From assembly GCA_964551725.1 (NCBI GenBank), contig CAZKED010000002.1, positions 25,466-89,465 of the forward strand: 64,000 bases of DNA, given 5' to 3'. Below, in pieces: positions 1 through 9,918 of the stretch. Within the stretch, counting starts at the first letter, position 1. Each line of letters opens with the position of its first letter. Origin of the DNA: an uncultured archaeon (GTDB lineage: Archaea > Iainarchaeota > Iainarchaeia > Iainarchaeales > DTGL01). The position numbers were made by a program, and so were the translations under genes. The notes under the pieces were generated by a model, which searched no databases, was not told the origin of the DNA, and saw nothing but the letters and a program-made list of their open reading frames with translations.

Positions 1-1
1 T

Positions 2-697
2 GAACTGCCTGAATACGGAAACATGACGGGATTCATTCACATTTCCCAAGTCGCGTCGCGCTGGGTCAAGAACATAAGGAACCACGTGCGCGAGAACCAG
101 GTCCGCGCTGCCACTGTTCTCAAAGTGGACAGGTCAAAGAACCAGGTGGATTTATCGCTGACCAAGGTTTCCGCTCAGCAGCAGAGGGAAAAGCTCGAGG
201 AATGGAAGCAGTCGAAGCGCTCGAAAAAGTTGCTGGAAGTGCTGGCAAAGCGCAAAAAAAAGCCGGTTTCCCTTGCAGTGAAGGAAGTGGCAGAGCCGTT
301 GATTGAAGAACATGGTTCCTTGGCAGAGGCATTCAGGCAGATTGCCTCCGGAGGAAAAGAAAAAGCGGTTGGAGTTAAAAAAGAATGGCTGCAGGAACTC
401 CTAAAAATAGTTGAAGAAAACATTTCCCCGCCGAGGAAAACCGTGGAGGGAATTCTCACGCTTAAAAGCCTTGAATCCAACGGTCTGGAAACAATAAAGA
501 AAGCCCTTGCAGAGGGAAAAAAGCAGGCAAAAGGCGTTGAAGTTGAACTCTACTACAAAGGCGGCGGCAGCTATGTTTTAAAAGTTTCCGCTGAGGACTA
601 CAAGCACGCCGAAAAGGAAATGGAGAGCGTAAGGGAAAAGGTTGAGGAAATAATGAGGGCGGGCAAGGGAAGCGCGGAATTCAGCAAAAAGGGATGA
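2..697 (+). CDS. Translation initiation factor 2 alpha subunit (aIF2-alpha), 5'-truncated by window edge
   Basis: ORF runs from window start; S1-domain signature FIHISQV..W.KNIR..V..NQV..A.VLKVD..K..VDLSLTK typical of e/aIF2-alpha N-terminal region, followed by alpha-helical and alpha/beta C-terminal domains. Confidence 0.75.
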   Translation, partial: ELPEYGNMTGFIHISQVASRWVKNIRNHVRENQVRAATVLKVDRSKNQVDLSLTKVSAQQQREKLEEWKQSKRSKKLLEVLAKRKKKPVSLAVKEVAEPLIEEHGSLAEAFRQIASGGKEKAVGVKKEWLQELLKIVEENISPPRKTVEGILTLKSLESNGLETIKKALAEGKKQAKGVEVELYYKGGGSYVLKVSAEDYKHAEKEMESVREKVEEIMRAGKGSAEFSKKG

Positions 698-700
698 AAA

Positions 701-1477
701 ATGCCTTCAAGGGTTGAAATTTTAACAAGGAAAAAATTCAAGAAGCCCGTTCTAATCACCGGACTGCCGGGCATTGGCTTGGTGGGCAAAATTGCAGTTG
801 ACTACTTGCTAAAAGAATTCAACGCCCAAAAAATAGCGAATGTTTATTCCGATTCCTTTCCGCCTAGCGTACGCACCGAAAACGGAACGCTCGACCTCAT
901 AAGGGACGAAATTTTTTTTGCTGAATCGAAAGGAAGGCATTTCCTTTTTTTAGCCGGACCAGTTCAGCCTTCCCTTGACATTCGCATTGGCACAACCTAC
1001 GGGCATTACGAGTTTGCCTCCGCGGTCGTGCAGGCGGCAAAAAAGTTCGGAGTGAAGGAAATTTTCACTCTCGCGGGAATAAACGTGGGGGACGAGCGCT
1101 TGGAGCGCGAGCCCGGCGTGGTTATAGCGGCAACGGACAAGCACCTGCTCCAGCAGCTCAAAAAACTCGGGGCAAAAGTGAATTCGAACGGCGGCCTCAT
1201 TTCCGGCGCTGCTGGATTAATCCTCGGAATCGGCGCAAAGCAGGGAATTTCAGGCGCCTGCATAATGGGGGAAACGAACGCAAAGCTCATTTACGGAGAC
1301 CACGGCGCTGCGGAAAAAGTGCTCAAGATTTTGGTGGAAAAGTTCGGTTTCAAAATAAAAATGGCCCACATTAAAAAGGAAGCCCGCAATATTGAGCGCG
1401 CGTTCGAGCAGTTGAGCAAGCAGTTCGAGGAAAAGCGCGAGGAATTCGAATCCGAAAAGCCGAGTTACGTGCGCTGA
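701..1477 (+). CDS. Proteasome assembly chaperone PAC2-family protein (COG1938)
   Basis: 258 aa; N-terminal P-loop-like ITGLPGIGLVGKIA motif characteristic of archaeal PAC2/PbaA family; 3 nt after aIF2-alpha stop. Confidence 0.55.
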   Translation: MPSRVEILTRKKFKKPVLITGLPGIGLVGKIAVDYLLKEFNAQKIANVYSDSFPPSVRTENGTLDLIRDEIFFAESKGRHFLFLAGPVQPSLDIRIGTTYGHYEFASAVVQAAKKFGVKEIFTLAGINVGDERLEREPGVVIAATDKHLLQQLKKLGAKVNSNGGLISGAAGLILGIGAKQGISGACIMGETNAKLIYGDHGAAEKVLKILVEKFGFKIKMAHIKKEARNIERAFEQLSKQFEEKREEFESEKPSYVR

Positions 1478-1480
1478 TTG

Positions 1481-2752
1481 TCAGAATTCCCCCAGCGTTC
1501 TCTGCCCGCTGAATGCTGAATTGCATTCCAGGCATTCTTTCAATTCCAGTTTCTTCATTTCAAGTTCTTCCCCGCTGTCGCAGATTACCGGCTCCCCGTA
1601 TTTTCCCCCGCCGCCGCTCTTGTATAACACCCTGCCGAGGCGGAAGGATTCAATTTTTTTCGCAACTTCCCCGCTGGCTTCCGCGAGTTCCACTACAGGC
1701 AAATCCACGAGCACTTTTATTTCGGACTCAAACCTGTCAATGAATTCCCTCCAGAGCGACTGCACTTTTTGGGAGTTCACATTCTCCGAGCCCAGCGCGA
1801 GTTTTATTATTTCAGCGAGAGGAATGCTGTGCATGTAAGGCGGCCTGTTTTCAGGGTGAATTTCCTGCGCGAATGCCGCCAGTTCCAGAATCCTGTGCCT
1901 CACGCCCTTTTTTATTGTGCCCTTGCATTTCGGGCACTTCCATTTCATTCTTTCCGCGTCTTCAATGGAATAGCGTTCGTAGCATTTATTGCACGCTGTG
2001 CAGTGGTATTTTCCCTCCCCCGGGTTCAGTCCAACGTTCAGCGTGCAGCCCCTTTCTCCCTTTCTTTCCAATGCTTTTGCCAGTTCCCCGAAGCACGGCT
2101 CCTTCATTTTAATGCGGGTGAATTCCCTTCCAATCCTGTGCGGCCAGGGAGAATGCGCGTCGCTGAAAGTGAAAAACTCATAGGAATGATTTTCTTCTAT
2201 CAGGTCGGCGAAATAGGAATCCGCGCTCAGCCCCAATTCAATGAATTTTATTTGCTCACCGCAAGCGCCGTAGCATTTCCGCACGGAATCAAAGTGCGCG
2301 TAAACGGAGTAATAGGGCGTGAAAGCGTGCGCCGGTCCGATGATGCCGCCGGCTTCGCGCACTTTTTCGGCGAGCTTTTCCGCGTTCAGCCGCAGTGTGG
2401 GTCGGCCGAAGCCCATTCCGTCCAGTCTCCCGTAAGTCTGCAGCGCACTGCGCAGTTCTTCTGCCGCGGAAAAATCCGGCAGGAAGAAAATGTGGTGCAC
2501 TTTCGCCGAGTCATTAATTTCCCCGCCGAGCAGGAATGCTGTTCCGCTGTTCTTTTCGCGGAACACTCCCTGTTCTTCCGAGAGCGATTTTTTCGCGTGC
2601 TCGAGCCATTCCCTGCAGAGAATGTCCCCTGTGCACATTAAATGCAGGCCTTTGAGTTTTGCCTGCTCTCCTATTGCCGGGAGCAGCATGTTTTTGCTCA
2701 CTCCACCCGAATAAAGCCCGTGCAGGTGCAGGTCGCAGTCGAATTCTTCCAT
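1481..2752 (-). CDS. PHP-domain phosphoesterase with C-terminal zinc ribbon, endonuclease Q (EndoQ)-like
   Basis: N-term DCDLHLHGLYSGG PHP metal-binding motif, later FSDAHSPWPH, C-terminal CTACNKC...CPKCKG Zn ribbon; longer ORF to 2812 but MEEFDCDLHLHG start at 2752 fits family. Confidence 0.55.
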   Translation of the reverse strand: MEEFDCDLHLHGLYSGGVSKNMLLPAIGEQAKLKGLHLMCTGDILCREWLEHAKKSLSEEQGVFREKNSGTAFLLGGEINDSAKVHHIFFLPDFSAAEELRSALQTYGRLDGMGFGRPTLRLNAEKLAEKVREAGGIIGPAHAFTPYYSVYAHFDSVRKCYGACGEQIKFIELGLSADSYFADLIEENHSYEFFTFSDAHSPWPHRIGREFTRIKMKEPCFGELAKALERKGERGCTLNVGLNPGEGKYHCTACNKCYERYSIEDAERMKWKCPKCKGTIKKGVRHRILELAAFAQEIHPENRPPYMHSIPLAEIIKLALGSENVNSQKVQSLWREFIDRFESEIKVLVDLPVVELAEASGEVAKKIESFRLGRVLYKSGGGGKYGEPVICDSGEELEMKKLELKECLECNSAFSGQRTLGEF

Positions 2753-2833
2753 TTTTTTCTCCCCGGGAGAATAATGCTTAAAGAATGTTGCAATAAAATG
2801 ATTATAAAACAATTCAGGAAAGGGCGGGACAAA

Positions 2834-3835
2834 ATGAAGGAAGCATTTTTTTACTCAAAGGAAAAAGGAAAAGTGCGGTGTTCAGCGTGCAACCGCCGCT
2901 GTTCAATTCCCGAAAGCGCAGCGGGCTACTGCCGCGTTCGCAAGAACGTTGGCGGAAAGCTTTATTCACTGGTGTATGGGAAAACGCTCACGCTTTCGGT
3001 TGACCCGATTGAAAAAAAGCCCCTGTTCCACTTCAAGCCGGGAACGATGTGCAACGGCGTCAGCACTTACGGCTGCAATTTTTCCTGCAGGTTCTGCCAG
3101 AACCATCACATTTCGCAGGATTTCACAGAGGAAATGATTGCCAGTGTGCCTGAAACCACTCCGGAAGAAATAGTTGAGGACACGCTGGACAAGGAAGTGG
3201 AGGGCATTGCCTACACTTATGTCGAGCCAACAATTTTTGCGGAATACGCCCTTGACACAATGAAAATAGCGAAGGAAAAATCGCTTTACAACGTGTGGGT
3301 GAGCAATGGCTACATGAGCAGGGAGTTAGCCGAAGCATTGCTTCCCTGCCTCGACGCAATAAACATAGACTTGAAGGGCAATGCTGCATTCTACAAAAAG
3401 ATGTGCGGCAACGCGGACATAGGGCGTGTGAAGGACAACATTCGCTTTTTCCACGAAAAAGGCGTTCACGTTGAGGTAACAAATCTTGTAGTGCCCGGCT
3501 ATAACGATTCACGCAGCGATTTTCAGGGAGTAGCGGAATTCATTGCCTCCCTGAGCGAAGAAATGCCGCTGCATTTCTCCCGCTTTTTTCCCCATTACAA
3601 AATGCTGGATGTGCAGCCAACGCCTTTGGAAACACTGGCTGCAGCGCTGGAGGAGGGAAAAAAAGCCGGCTTGAAATACGTGTATGCGGGCAACACGCCC
3701 AGAGAGCACAGCACGTACTGCCCCAAATGCGGAAAGCTTCTCGTGGAGAGAAGCGGCTTCTCTGCAATAGTTTCAGGGCTTGACGAGCAGGGAAAATGCG
3801 TTTTCTGCGGTTTTGACACGAAAATAGTGCGCTGA
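2834..3835 (+). CDS. AmmeMemoRadiSam-system radical SAM enzyme (PflA-like)
   Basis: CNGVSTYGCNFSCRFCQN radical-SAM CxxxCxxC plus N-terminal CSACNRRC...C..YC and C-terminal CPKCG...C..C cysteine clusters typical of the family; start chosen at MKEAFF (ORF track begins upstream at 2642). Confidence 0.7.
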   Translation: MKEAFFYSKEKGKVRCSACNRRCSIPESAAGYCRVRKNVGGKLYSLVYGKTLTLSVDPIEKKPLFHFKPGTMCNGVSTYGCNFSCRFCQNHHISQDFTEEMIASVPETTPEEIVEDTLDKEVEGIAYTYVEPTIFAEYALDTMKIAKEKSLYNVWVSNGYMSRELAEALLPCLDAINIDLKGNAAFYKKMCGNADIGRVKDNIRFFHEKGVHVEVTNLVVPGYNDSRSDFQGVAEFIASLSEEMPLHFSRFFPHYKMLDVQPTPLETLAAALEEGKKAGLKYVYAGNTPREHSTYCPKCGKLLVERSGFSAIVSGLDEQGKCVFCGFDTKIVR

Positions 3836-3892
3836 AGGCATTTTCTGCGTACAGGAAGCGTTTTTTGCGCTTTTAACCGCTTTTGGTCTCCT

Positions 3893-4240
3893 CTATACAA
3901 TGCCCATAAAGCGCAGCACCAGCATTACCCCTATTCCCGCCAGACCGAATATTACGCTTACCACAAGACTTGGAATGAAAGGCAGTCCGACCTTGAACAC
4001 GTACTGGAGCACTATCCATGCAATTACGCCGAGAACGGAGTTTATTATTATTTTTTTAATAAACAGCATGAAGAGCACTGCGACAACAATGAGGATTATT
4101 CCCGCTATGAGTATTTTTGGGTCGCTTACAAAGGGCAGCGCGTCCGCCAGACCCTCCGCGGCTTTTCCCAGCATCTCGGAGCCCGGCAGTTCTCCGATGC
4201 CTGATTGTAAAAGCAATTCCATAAACAAATATCCCATCAA
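3893..4240 (-). CDS. Small integral membrane protein (3 predicted TM helices), hypothetical
   Basis: 115 aa strongly hydrophobic ORF; overlapping plus-strand ORF 3900..4271 is compositionally implausible. Confidence 0.4.
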   Translation of the reverse strand: MMGYLFMELLLQSGIGELPGSEMLGKAAEGLADALPFVSDPKILIAGIILIVVAVLFMLFIKKIIINSVLGVIAWIVLQYVFKVGLPFIPSLVVSVIFGLAGIGVMLVLRFMGIV

Positions 4241-4281
4241 ACGGTTTTTAACTTTTTTTGAGGAGAATTAATGGAAGTGCA

Positions 4282-4944
4282 ATGGAAGTGATTGCAAAAA
4301 TGGCGGAATTCACTGAAATCGAGAAAAAAATAGCGTTGGTCCTCTTGGAAGGCCCGATGTCGTTAAGCGAACTCCGGGAGCGCTTTCCCGGGAAGAAAGA
4401 CTCGCTGCAGCAGGCGCTTAACAAAATGATAAGACTGAATCTGGCGGAGAAAAAAGGCTCCTCCTACTCTCTCAGGGAAAAAATAGCGAAGGAATTGGAG
4501 AAGCGCAGGGACATACTCGAAAGCGATTTCTTCAAGTTGCGGCTGAAAGCGTATATTGAAATGCAGGCAGTGAACAGGGAACTGCTTGAAAGGGAGATTG
4601 CAGCAGTGGAGGAAGCAATAAAAAAACAGAAAGACCTCACGCTTTACTCCCTGAAAGCGGAGAAAATAGCGGAACAGGAAGACTATTTCTCGACATTCAT
4701 AGAACTGGACTTCACTGTTAAGGATTTTTCCACACTGGTAAAGTTCATGTTCTTCTTTTCCCCGAGCTCAATCGAAGTAATCCGCCCCCCCAAAATCGAA
4801 ATTGCCGCCTTTGACCTGCAGGAGGGGCTCATGGACCTGATTGACATGGTGGAAAAGTACAATTCCTACATAAGAAAAGAGCACAGCAAAAAAGAACTGG
4901 ACAGATTCCACAAACGCCTTTTTTCCGCACAGGGGAAAAAATGA
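4282..4944 (+). CDS. Winged-helix DNA-binding protein, hypothetical regulator
   Basis: N-terminal IEKKIALVLLEGPMSLSELRERFPGKKDSLQQALNKMIRLNLAEKKG wHTH pattern followed by coiled-coil region; ATG at 4282 preferred over TTG at 4258. Confidence 0.45.
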   Translation: MEVIAKMAEFTEIEKKIALVLLEGPMSLSELRERFPGKKDSLQQALNKMIRLNLAEKKGSSYSLREKIAKELEKRRDILESDFFKLRLKAYIEMQAVNRELLEREIAAVEEAIKKQKDLTLYSLKAEKIAEQEDYFSTFIELDFTVKDFSTLVKFMFFFSPSSIEVIRPPKIEIAAFDLQEGLMDLIDMVEKYNSYIRKEHSKKELDRFHKRLFSAQGKK

Positions 4945-5039
4945 AAAAGGCACGGTTTCGCAAATCAACGAAACCCAATTCAACAAAAAAAGTAATTATT
5001 GCCCTATGAAAAGGGCATTCTGTGAAAAAAAGGAAGCGA

Positions 5040-5165
5040 ACCGAAACGTATATAAATAAGCCCCTTTATTTTATAATACACGGCCGTAATTTGCTTTCTA
5101 CCCGTTACCATGGAAGACGGGCAAGATTAGCTAATTACATACCTAAATAAAAAAAGTTTTGTGAG
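5040..5165 (+). promoter_or_regulatory. AT-rich promoter/5' leader of putative S-layer gene with TATA-like boxes (tatataaata ~5048-5057; ttttataata ~5069-5078)
   Basis: Long AT-rich intergenic region upstream of a very large surface-protein gene; GAGGTGA SD 6 nt before ATG 5178. Confidence 0.4.
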
Positions 5166-5177
5166 GTGAAACAAAAC

Positions 5178-8100
5178 ATGAATGTAAAGAAACTAGTGGC
5201 ATTAGGTGCCGGTGCGGCTCTTGTGGGAGCAGCGTTAGCGCCTATAGCGACAGCAGTGGACGTACAAAAATCCGACCTAGCGAACTCGCAGGGTCAGATT
5301 GCAGTGGACATAGTAGTTGCAAGCAATGCAGGGATTACAGACGTGCTGTGGGGCGGCAATATTGCTGCTTTGGTGGCACAGTTCGGCGTTACAGAGCAGG
5401 CAGTAACAGTAAACAAAGCCTGGGCTGAAGGCGTTGAATTGGGCGAAGAAACCACAGAAACGGTGGAGCCAACAGATTTGAGCGTGGACCTAGCAATAGG
5501 TGGAACAACCACAACCTACTCTGATTCTGACAGCGAAACCTATGACTCGACAACCATGAATTCCACCGCCGGAACAGGAGCAGAGTTCATAAAAGAACTC
5601 ACAAGCTCGCAGCTCTCTTTCCTGTACAACAGCAACGACACCTTCAAGTACGGTTCAGGAACTACAGCAACAGGGACAAACTACACCCAAACAATAAAGG
5701 AGAAAATCGGAATAGAGGCTGACGCAAGGTTCGACTACGACAGGGTTTCGGTTGAAGACTTCATAGTCTACATGGACGCAGTCGGAGACTTCAACTACGA
5801 GCTAACCTTCACAAAGGGAATACCAACAGACAACACCCTAGCCGGAGGTTACGACACAGCATTCCAGGACGGAGACAACGACAACATAAGAATCCCCTGG
5901 TTCGGAGAAATGTACACCGTCTTTTCGGCGAAGAACAGTCTCTCAGCAAACTACGCCAGCTCTGAACTGACCTTGGTGAAAGACACTGGAAAAGTTACCT
6001 ACTATGCAGGGGAAGAAATCACCGGACTGACAGGAAAAGGCACCTACGCCGGCGAGGAATTGAAAGCAGTGCTGGAAACAGTGTACGAGACTTCACAGGG
6101 AGCAACCTACCAAGCCAGGTGGGCATTGTACAAAGCGGACGACGACACTTCGACGGCAACACCGATTGACACGCAGACAGCCGGAACAGCAGTATTCCTG
6201 GAAGACCAGTTCAAGAGCGGAGACGTATTGGATACTTCCCTTTACGTTGAAGCAATAGGGCTGGAGAAAACAGGAGACCAGAGAGGATTTGCAACAGTGA
6301 CAAAGGGAGACGACCTGATAAAGGTTGTGGACAACAAGCAGTATCCATACTCCGCATCGGACACAGACTCGACAAACGACTACTGGAAAGCCGAAATTGT
6401 TGAGGGCACAACCACGAGCCCGGACGTAAACACCTTCTCAAAGATAACAATCTACAACAACATAAAGCTCTGGGACCAGGACAACCCGCTTTACGCAGGC
6501 GGAGCAAGAGAAGGAAGATACGGAACAGGCGCTTGGTCTCTGACACAGGACGACGTTGTAGCAAACGAAGCAAACCACGCAGTGTTCCTGGACGGCGAGT
6601 CAGATAGCACGCAGGGATACGGCTATGCAGAAGTTGTCTTTGACGGCTGGAAAGGCGGAGAAAACACCACTCTCATAGAGATTGGTGACGGCAAAGTGCA
6701 CTACTGGGACACAGGAGACACAGAGCACAACATACCGTTCTACGATAAACTGAAGATTACCTCGACAGAGAGGACCTTCACCATCGACGACCAGACCTTT
6801 TACTACAGGTGCGACACAACGGACAACAACTTCCTTTTGGGAGGAGACAACAACTACCTGAACGGCCAGCTCATGGGATTCGGCGGCTCGGACACAAACA
6901 TGTACGACACCACAGCGGGATACGTCGACCTAACCCTTAAAGCAGGGGAAACAGGAACAACTGTGGTCGACCTCAACGGGTTCAGCTACACTTGCACGCA
7001 CACGTTTGCTGGAAGTACATGGAACTGTGTTGCAGACGGAAACTGTGAGTTCGCAAAAGCGTCCTTTGACTCGGCTGCAACAGGCGACTACATTGGAACC
7101 TTTACAGCAGGAGCCAGGACAACTTACCCAACATGGTACTACGACGACGGAAACACAGACCACCAGGAGAACCTGCAGAAAGCGTCAATACCGCTGACAG
7201 GCTCAGGACTCAACGACCAGACCTACTACTACACCTACATAGGAATGGAGTCAACCTACGGTAACCTGTGGTTGCTGTTGGACGACACCACAAACTTCGC
7301 AGTGCAGTACGCCAAGGACATCCAGTTGGTCGGAACGGACACAGACGAGACAACAGGGCCAGGAACACCAAACGCTACCTACTACGTGCCGGATGAGATA
7401 GAACTCGGAGGAAGCCCCTCGGACAACACATTCTATGTTGCAAGCTTCAACATAAACGAGAACGCAGGCGGATGGGACGGAAACGTCTACATTGAAACAA
7501 AGACAGACAACATAGTAGTGCTGCCTAACAACAACCTGGACATCTACTCAGTGGACTTCAACTACAAAAATGCCACATGGACTCTCAGATACGATACTCC
7601 GGGAAGCTATATAGCACAGGCATACTCTGACTATGGCTCGTGGTACACGGTAGCCGACGAGAAAGTCCTCAAGGCAGTAATGCCCGAGAACCAGCAGAAA
7701 CTCAAGCTGACAGTGATAGGCGAAGGCACGACCACGACAACAGCAGCTGACGAAACCTTTGAAGGCGTGGCAGAGGGAGAGAAAGTGACAACCGAAGCGG
7801 GAACCGAAATAACGGTTTCGGCAATCAACTACACGGCAGGAACCTTCACTTACACGCCAGCCGGAGTAAGCCTCGACGACGTGGTTGCAACAGCGGACCC
7901 AGACGCAGCTGTAACAATCGTTCCGGTAGGAACATTGTTGAAAACAGACAAGGCTGCGATGGGAAGCGGCAAGACACACATCATCATTGGTGGACAAAAA
8001 AGGAACACAATGGCAGTAGGCAAAGTGTTGGGCGACGGCTCGACAATAGAGGAAACCCTTGTCGCAACCGGAGACTACGTTTCAGAGAAACTGCCGGACG

Positions 8101-8189
8101 GAGACTTCCTGTTGGCTGGATACACCGCTGCTGACACAGAAACAGCGTGCGGCGAGTTCGTGGACGCCTTGGAAGCACTGTTGGGCTGA
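5178..8189 (+). CDS. Surface (S-)layer-like glycoprotein, secreted
   Basis: 1003 aa; N-terminal signal peptide/TM (KKLVALGAGAALVGAALAPIATA); Thr/Asp/Gly/Tyr/Asn-rich with many N-x-S/T sequons; strong RBS; strong downstream terminator; adjacent glycosylation genes. Confidence 0.55.
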   Translation: MNVKKLVALGAGAALVGAALAPIATAVDVQKSDLANSQGQIAVDIVVASNAGITDVLWGGNIAALVAQFGVTEQAVTVNKAWAEGVELGEETTETVEPTDLSVDLAIGGTTTTYSDSDSETYDSTTMNSTAGTGAEFIKELTSSQLSFLYNSNDTFKYGSGTTATGTNYTQTIKEKIGIEADARFDYDRVSVEDFIVYMDAVGDFNYELTFTKGIPTDNTLAGGYDTAFQDGDNDNIRIPWFGEMYTVFSAKNSLSANYASSELTLVKDTGKVTYYAGEEITGLTGKGTYAGEELKAVLETVYETSQGATYQARWALYKADDDTSTATPIDTQTAGTAVFLEDQFKSGDVLDTSLYVEAIGLEKTGDQRGFATVTKGDDLIKVVDNKQYPYSASDTDSTNDYWKAEIVEGTTTSPDVNTFSKITIYNNIKLWDQDNPLYAGGAREGRYGTGAWSLTQDDVVANEANHAVFLDGESDSTQGYGYAEVVFDGWKGGENTTLIEIGDGKVHYWDTGDTEHNIPFYDKLKITSTERTFTIDDQTFYYRCDTTDNNFLLGGDNNYLNGQLMGFGGSDTNMYDTTAGYVDLTLKAGETGTTVVDLNGFSYTCTHTFAGSTWNCVADGNCEFAKASFDSAATGDYIGTFTAGARTTYPTWYYDDGNTDHQENLQKASIPLTGSGLNDQTYYYTYIGMESTYGNLWLLLDDTTNFAVQYAKDIQLVGTDTDETTGPGTPNATYYVPDEIELGGSPSDNTFYVASFNINENAGGWDGNVYIETKTDNIVVLPNNNLDIYSVDFNYKNATWTLRYDTPGSYIAQAYSDYGSWYTVADEKVLKAVMPENQQKLKLTVIGEGTTTTTAADETFEGVAEGEKVTTEAGTEITVSAINYTAGTFTYTPAGVSLDDVVATADPDAAVTIVPVGTLLKTDKAAMGSGKTHIIIGGQKRNTMAVGKVLGDGSTIEETLVATGDYVSEKLPDGDFLLAGYTAADTETACGEFVDALEALLG

Positions 8190-8193
8190 AATT

Positions 8194-8252
8194 AAAAAAA
8201 AGGGTTTGAAAAAACCCTTTTTTTCTTCTTTTTTTTATTTTTTTCTATGGTT
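8194..8252 (+). terminator. Hairpin (aagggtttgaaaaaaccctt) followed by long T-tract downstream of S-layer gene
   Basis: GGGTTT/AAACCC stem with 6-nt loop then ttttttcttcttttttttatttttttc. Confidence 0.6.
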
Positions 8253-8261
8253 TATTGATAG

Positions 8262-8897
8262 GTGGACATTTTGAAAAAGAAAAATTTGGGTTATATTGCC
8301 ATTGTGGTTATTGCAATTATTCTCGCTGCCTCGGTTTTTTACCTTCTCACGGCAAAAAGAACAGGGCACGAGTTTGAGTATTATTCAGGGGGGGTGCTGT
8401 TTACCTCCGATGCAAAGCAGCCGATGGAATTGCTTGAAGAGCTTTCGGGAAAAAATACTTTTTTCATTTCTCCCGCGCTCAGTTCCGCGCCCTCAAACGA
8501 GAATTCCAGCATTTCGAACAGTTTCTTCCTGCCTGCAATGATTGTTGTTGCAGGAAATGACAAGAATGCGGTTTCGCTTGCAAGGGTTTTTTCGGGTTCG
8601 GAGCTGAAAAGCTGTGAGACGAACTTGGGGGATGCCCGCACAAGGCTAACGCTTTCGGCACAGGAATGCCTTTCGCTGATTGAAAGTAGCAATGACTCTG
8701 TTTTTATATTCGCGGATTTCCCTAACGCGGAAGAAGTGGAGCAGGTGTTCGTTTCAGAGAACTCAATCGAGGTAAAGACCAATAGTTTCAGTTCAATGAA
8801 AACGAGTTCACTGGCTTTGCTTGAGCGCATGTTTCCCAATGCAAGGGGAGTGATTGAATCCTCTAACCAAGTGCTGGGGGGCCTTGGATTTGGGTGA
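8262..8897 (+). CDS. Hypothetical membrane-anchored protein (N-terminal TM, Ser-rich)
   Basis: GTG start; single N-terminal TM helix YIAIVVIAIILAASVFYLL; no recognisable domain. Confidence 0.35.
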   Translation: MDILKKKNLGYIAIVVIAIILAASVFYLLTAKRTGHEFEYYSGGVLFTSDAKQPMELLEELSGKNTFFISPALSSAPSNENSSISNSFFLPAMIVVAGNDKNAVSLARVFSGSELKSCETNLGDARTRLTLSAQECLSLIESSNDSVFIFADFPNAEEVEQVFVSENSIEVKTNSFSSMKTSSLALLERMFPNARGVIESSNQVLGGLGFG

Positions 8898-9918
8898 AGG
8901 GAATTCAGGTCCGCAGTTTCTCAGGGCGCTGCTGTCCCTTGTCCTTGTTGCAGCGTTGCTTTTCCTTGTCGCCTGGTTAACTGAAGCGCATTCCGAACTC
9001 GGAAAGGTCGATTTTTTCCTGTTGGCTTCGGCGGCAACCTTTTTTCTTCTCTCCGTCTTTGTGTGGATAGTTTCATGGGCTTTCCTTATAAGGAAAAGGC
9101 ACGGCATTCCTTATCCCAAAATGCTCGCAATAGGCTTCTCTTCTGTTTACGGAAGCATTACCCCTGTGCAGATAGGCGCGGAAGCGCTCAGGAGCATCAG
9201 GTTGAAGCGCTTGTTTGGCGTTTCCTTAACCGAAAGCGTTTCCTCCGCAATGGCCGTGAAGGGATTAAAGTTCGCTTCTCTTTCGCTCAGCGCTTCGGTT
9301 CTGATTGCCCTCTTTCTTTTGGGAAGGGAAATTGACGCAATACTGCTTGTCCCGCTTCTCTCGGGCTTTTTCGTTGTTTTGATCGCTGCATTCCTGTTCC
9401 TCCTGCCCATTAACAAGCGCTTTGGAGAAAAGATTTCCTCATTTTTCCTTTCCTTCCGCGCAATTCCGGGCTTTTCATTGCTGGGAAAGTATTTTTCCAG
9501 TTACTCGGATTACCTGGCGGAAATTTCCAAGAATGCGTTCCTCTGGATATTCTTTCTTTCCTTTTCTTCCTGGGTCCTTGAATTTCTCGCATTCTATTTT
9601 GTTTTCCTTTCCCTTAACCTTTTTCTGCCGCTGGCTTCCCTTGCGGTATTGTTCGTTCTCCTGGCGGTAGTAGAAAGAACCCCTTTCCTTCCCCGCGGCA
9701 TACTTTTGTTCGAGATAGCCGGCTTTGCATTCCTTTCAATGTCCCACCTTGTCCAGACAGAACTTTCCGTTGGGGAAATCGGCTCGGTGATAGTTCTCCT
9801 TGACTTTGTAAGACTTGTGGTGCCGGTTTTCCTCTCAGTGCTTTTCTACGCGGTGTTCAAAGCGAGAGGAATAAAAAACTCCAGAAAGAGCAGTTCACTG
9901 CAACAAGTATCCAGATGA
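8854..9918 (+). CDS. UPF0104/flippase-like (LPG-synthase TM region-like) polytopic membrane protein
   Basis: 354 aa, ~8 TM helices, basic C-terminus; architecture of YbhN/UPF0104 family; sits between S-layer gene and GlcNAc-1-P transferase. Confidence 0.4.
   Translation: MNPLTKCWGALDLGEGNSGPQFLRALLSLVLVAALLFLVAWLTEAHSELGKVDFFLLASAATFFLLSVFVWIVSWAFLIRKRHGIPYPKMLAIGFSSVYGSITPVQIGAEALRSIRLKRLFGVSLTESVSSAMAVKGLKFASLSLSASVLIALFLLGREIDAILLVPLLSGFFVVLIAAFLFLLPINKRFGEKISSFFLSFRAIPGFSLLGKYFSSYSDYLAEISKNAFLWIFFLSFSSWVLEFLAFYFVFLSLNLFLPLASLAVLFVLLAVVERTPFLPRGILLFEIAGFAFLSMSHLVQTELSVGEIGSVIVLLDFVRLVVPVFLSVLFYAVFKARGIKNSRKSSSLQQVSR

Noticed and set aside
1769-2641. 290-aa plus-strand ORF
   Set aside because: It is antisense to the EndoQ-like PHP gene, which has clear conserved motifs.
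3900-4271. 123-aa plus-strand ORF
   Set aside because: It overlaps the more plausible hydrophobic minus-strand membrane protein and has implausible composition.
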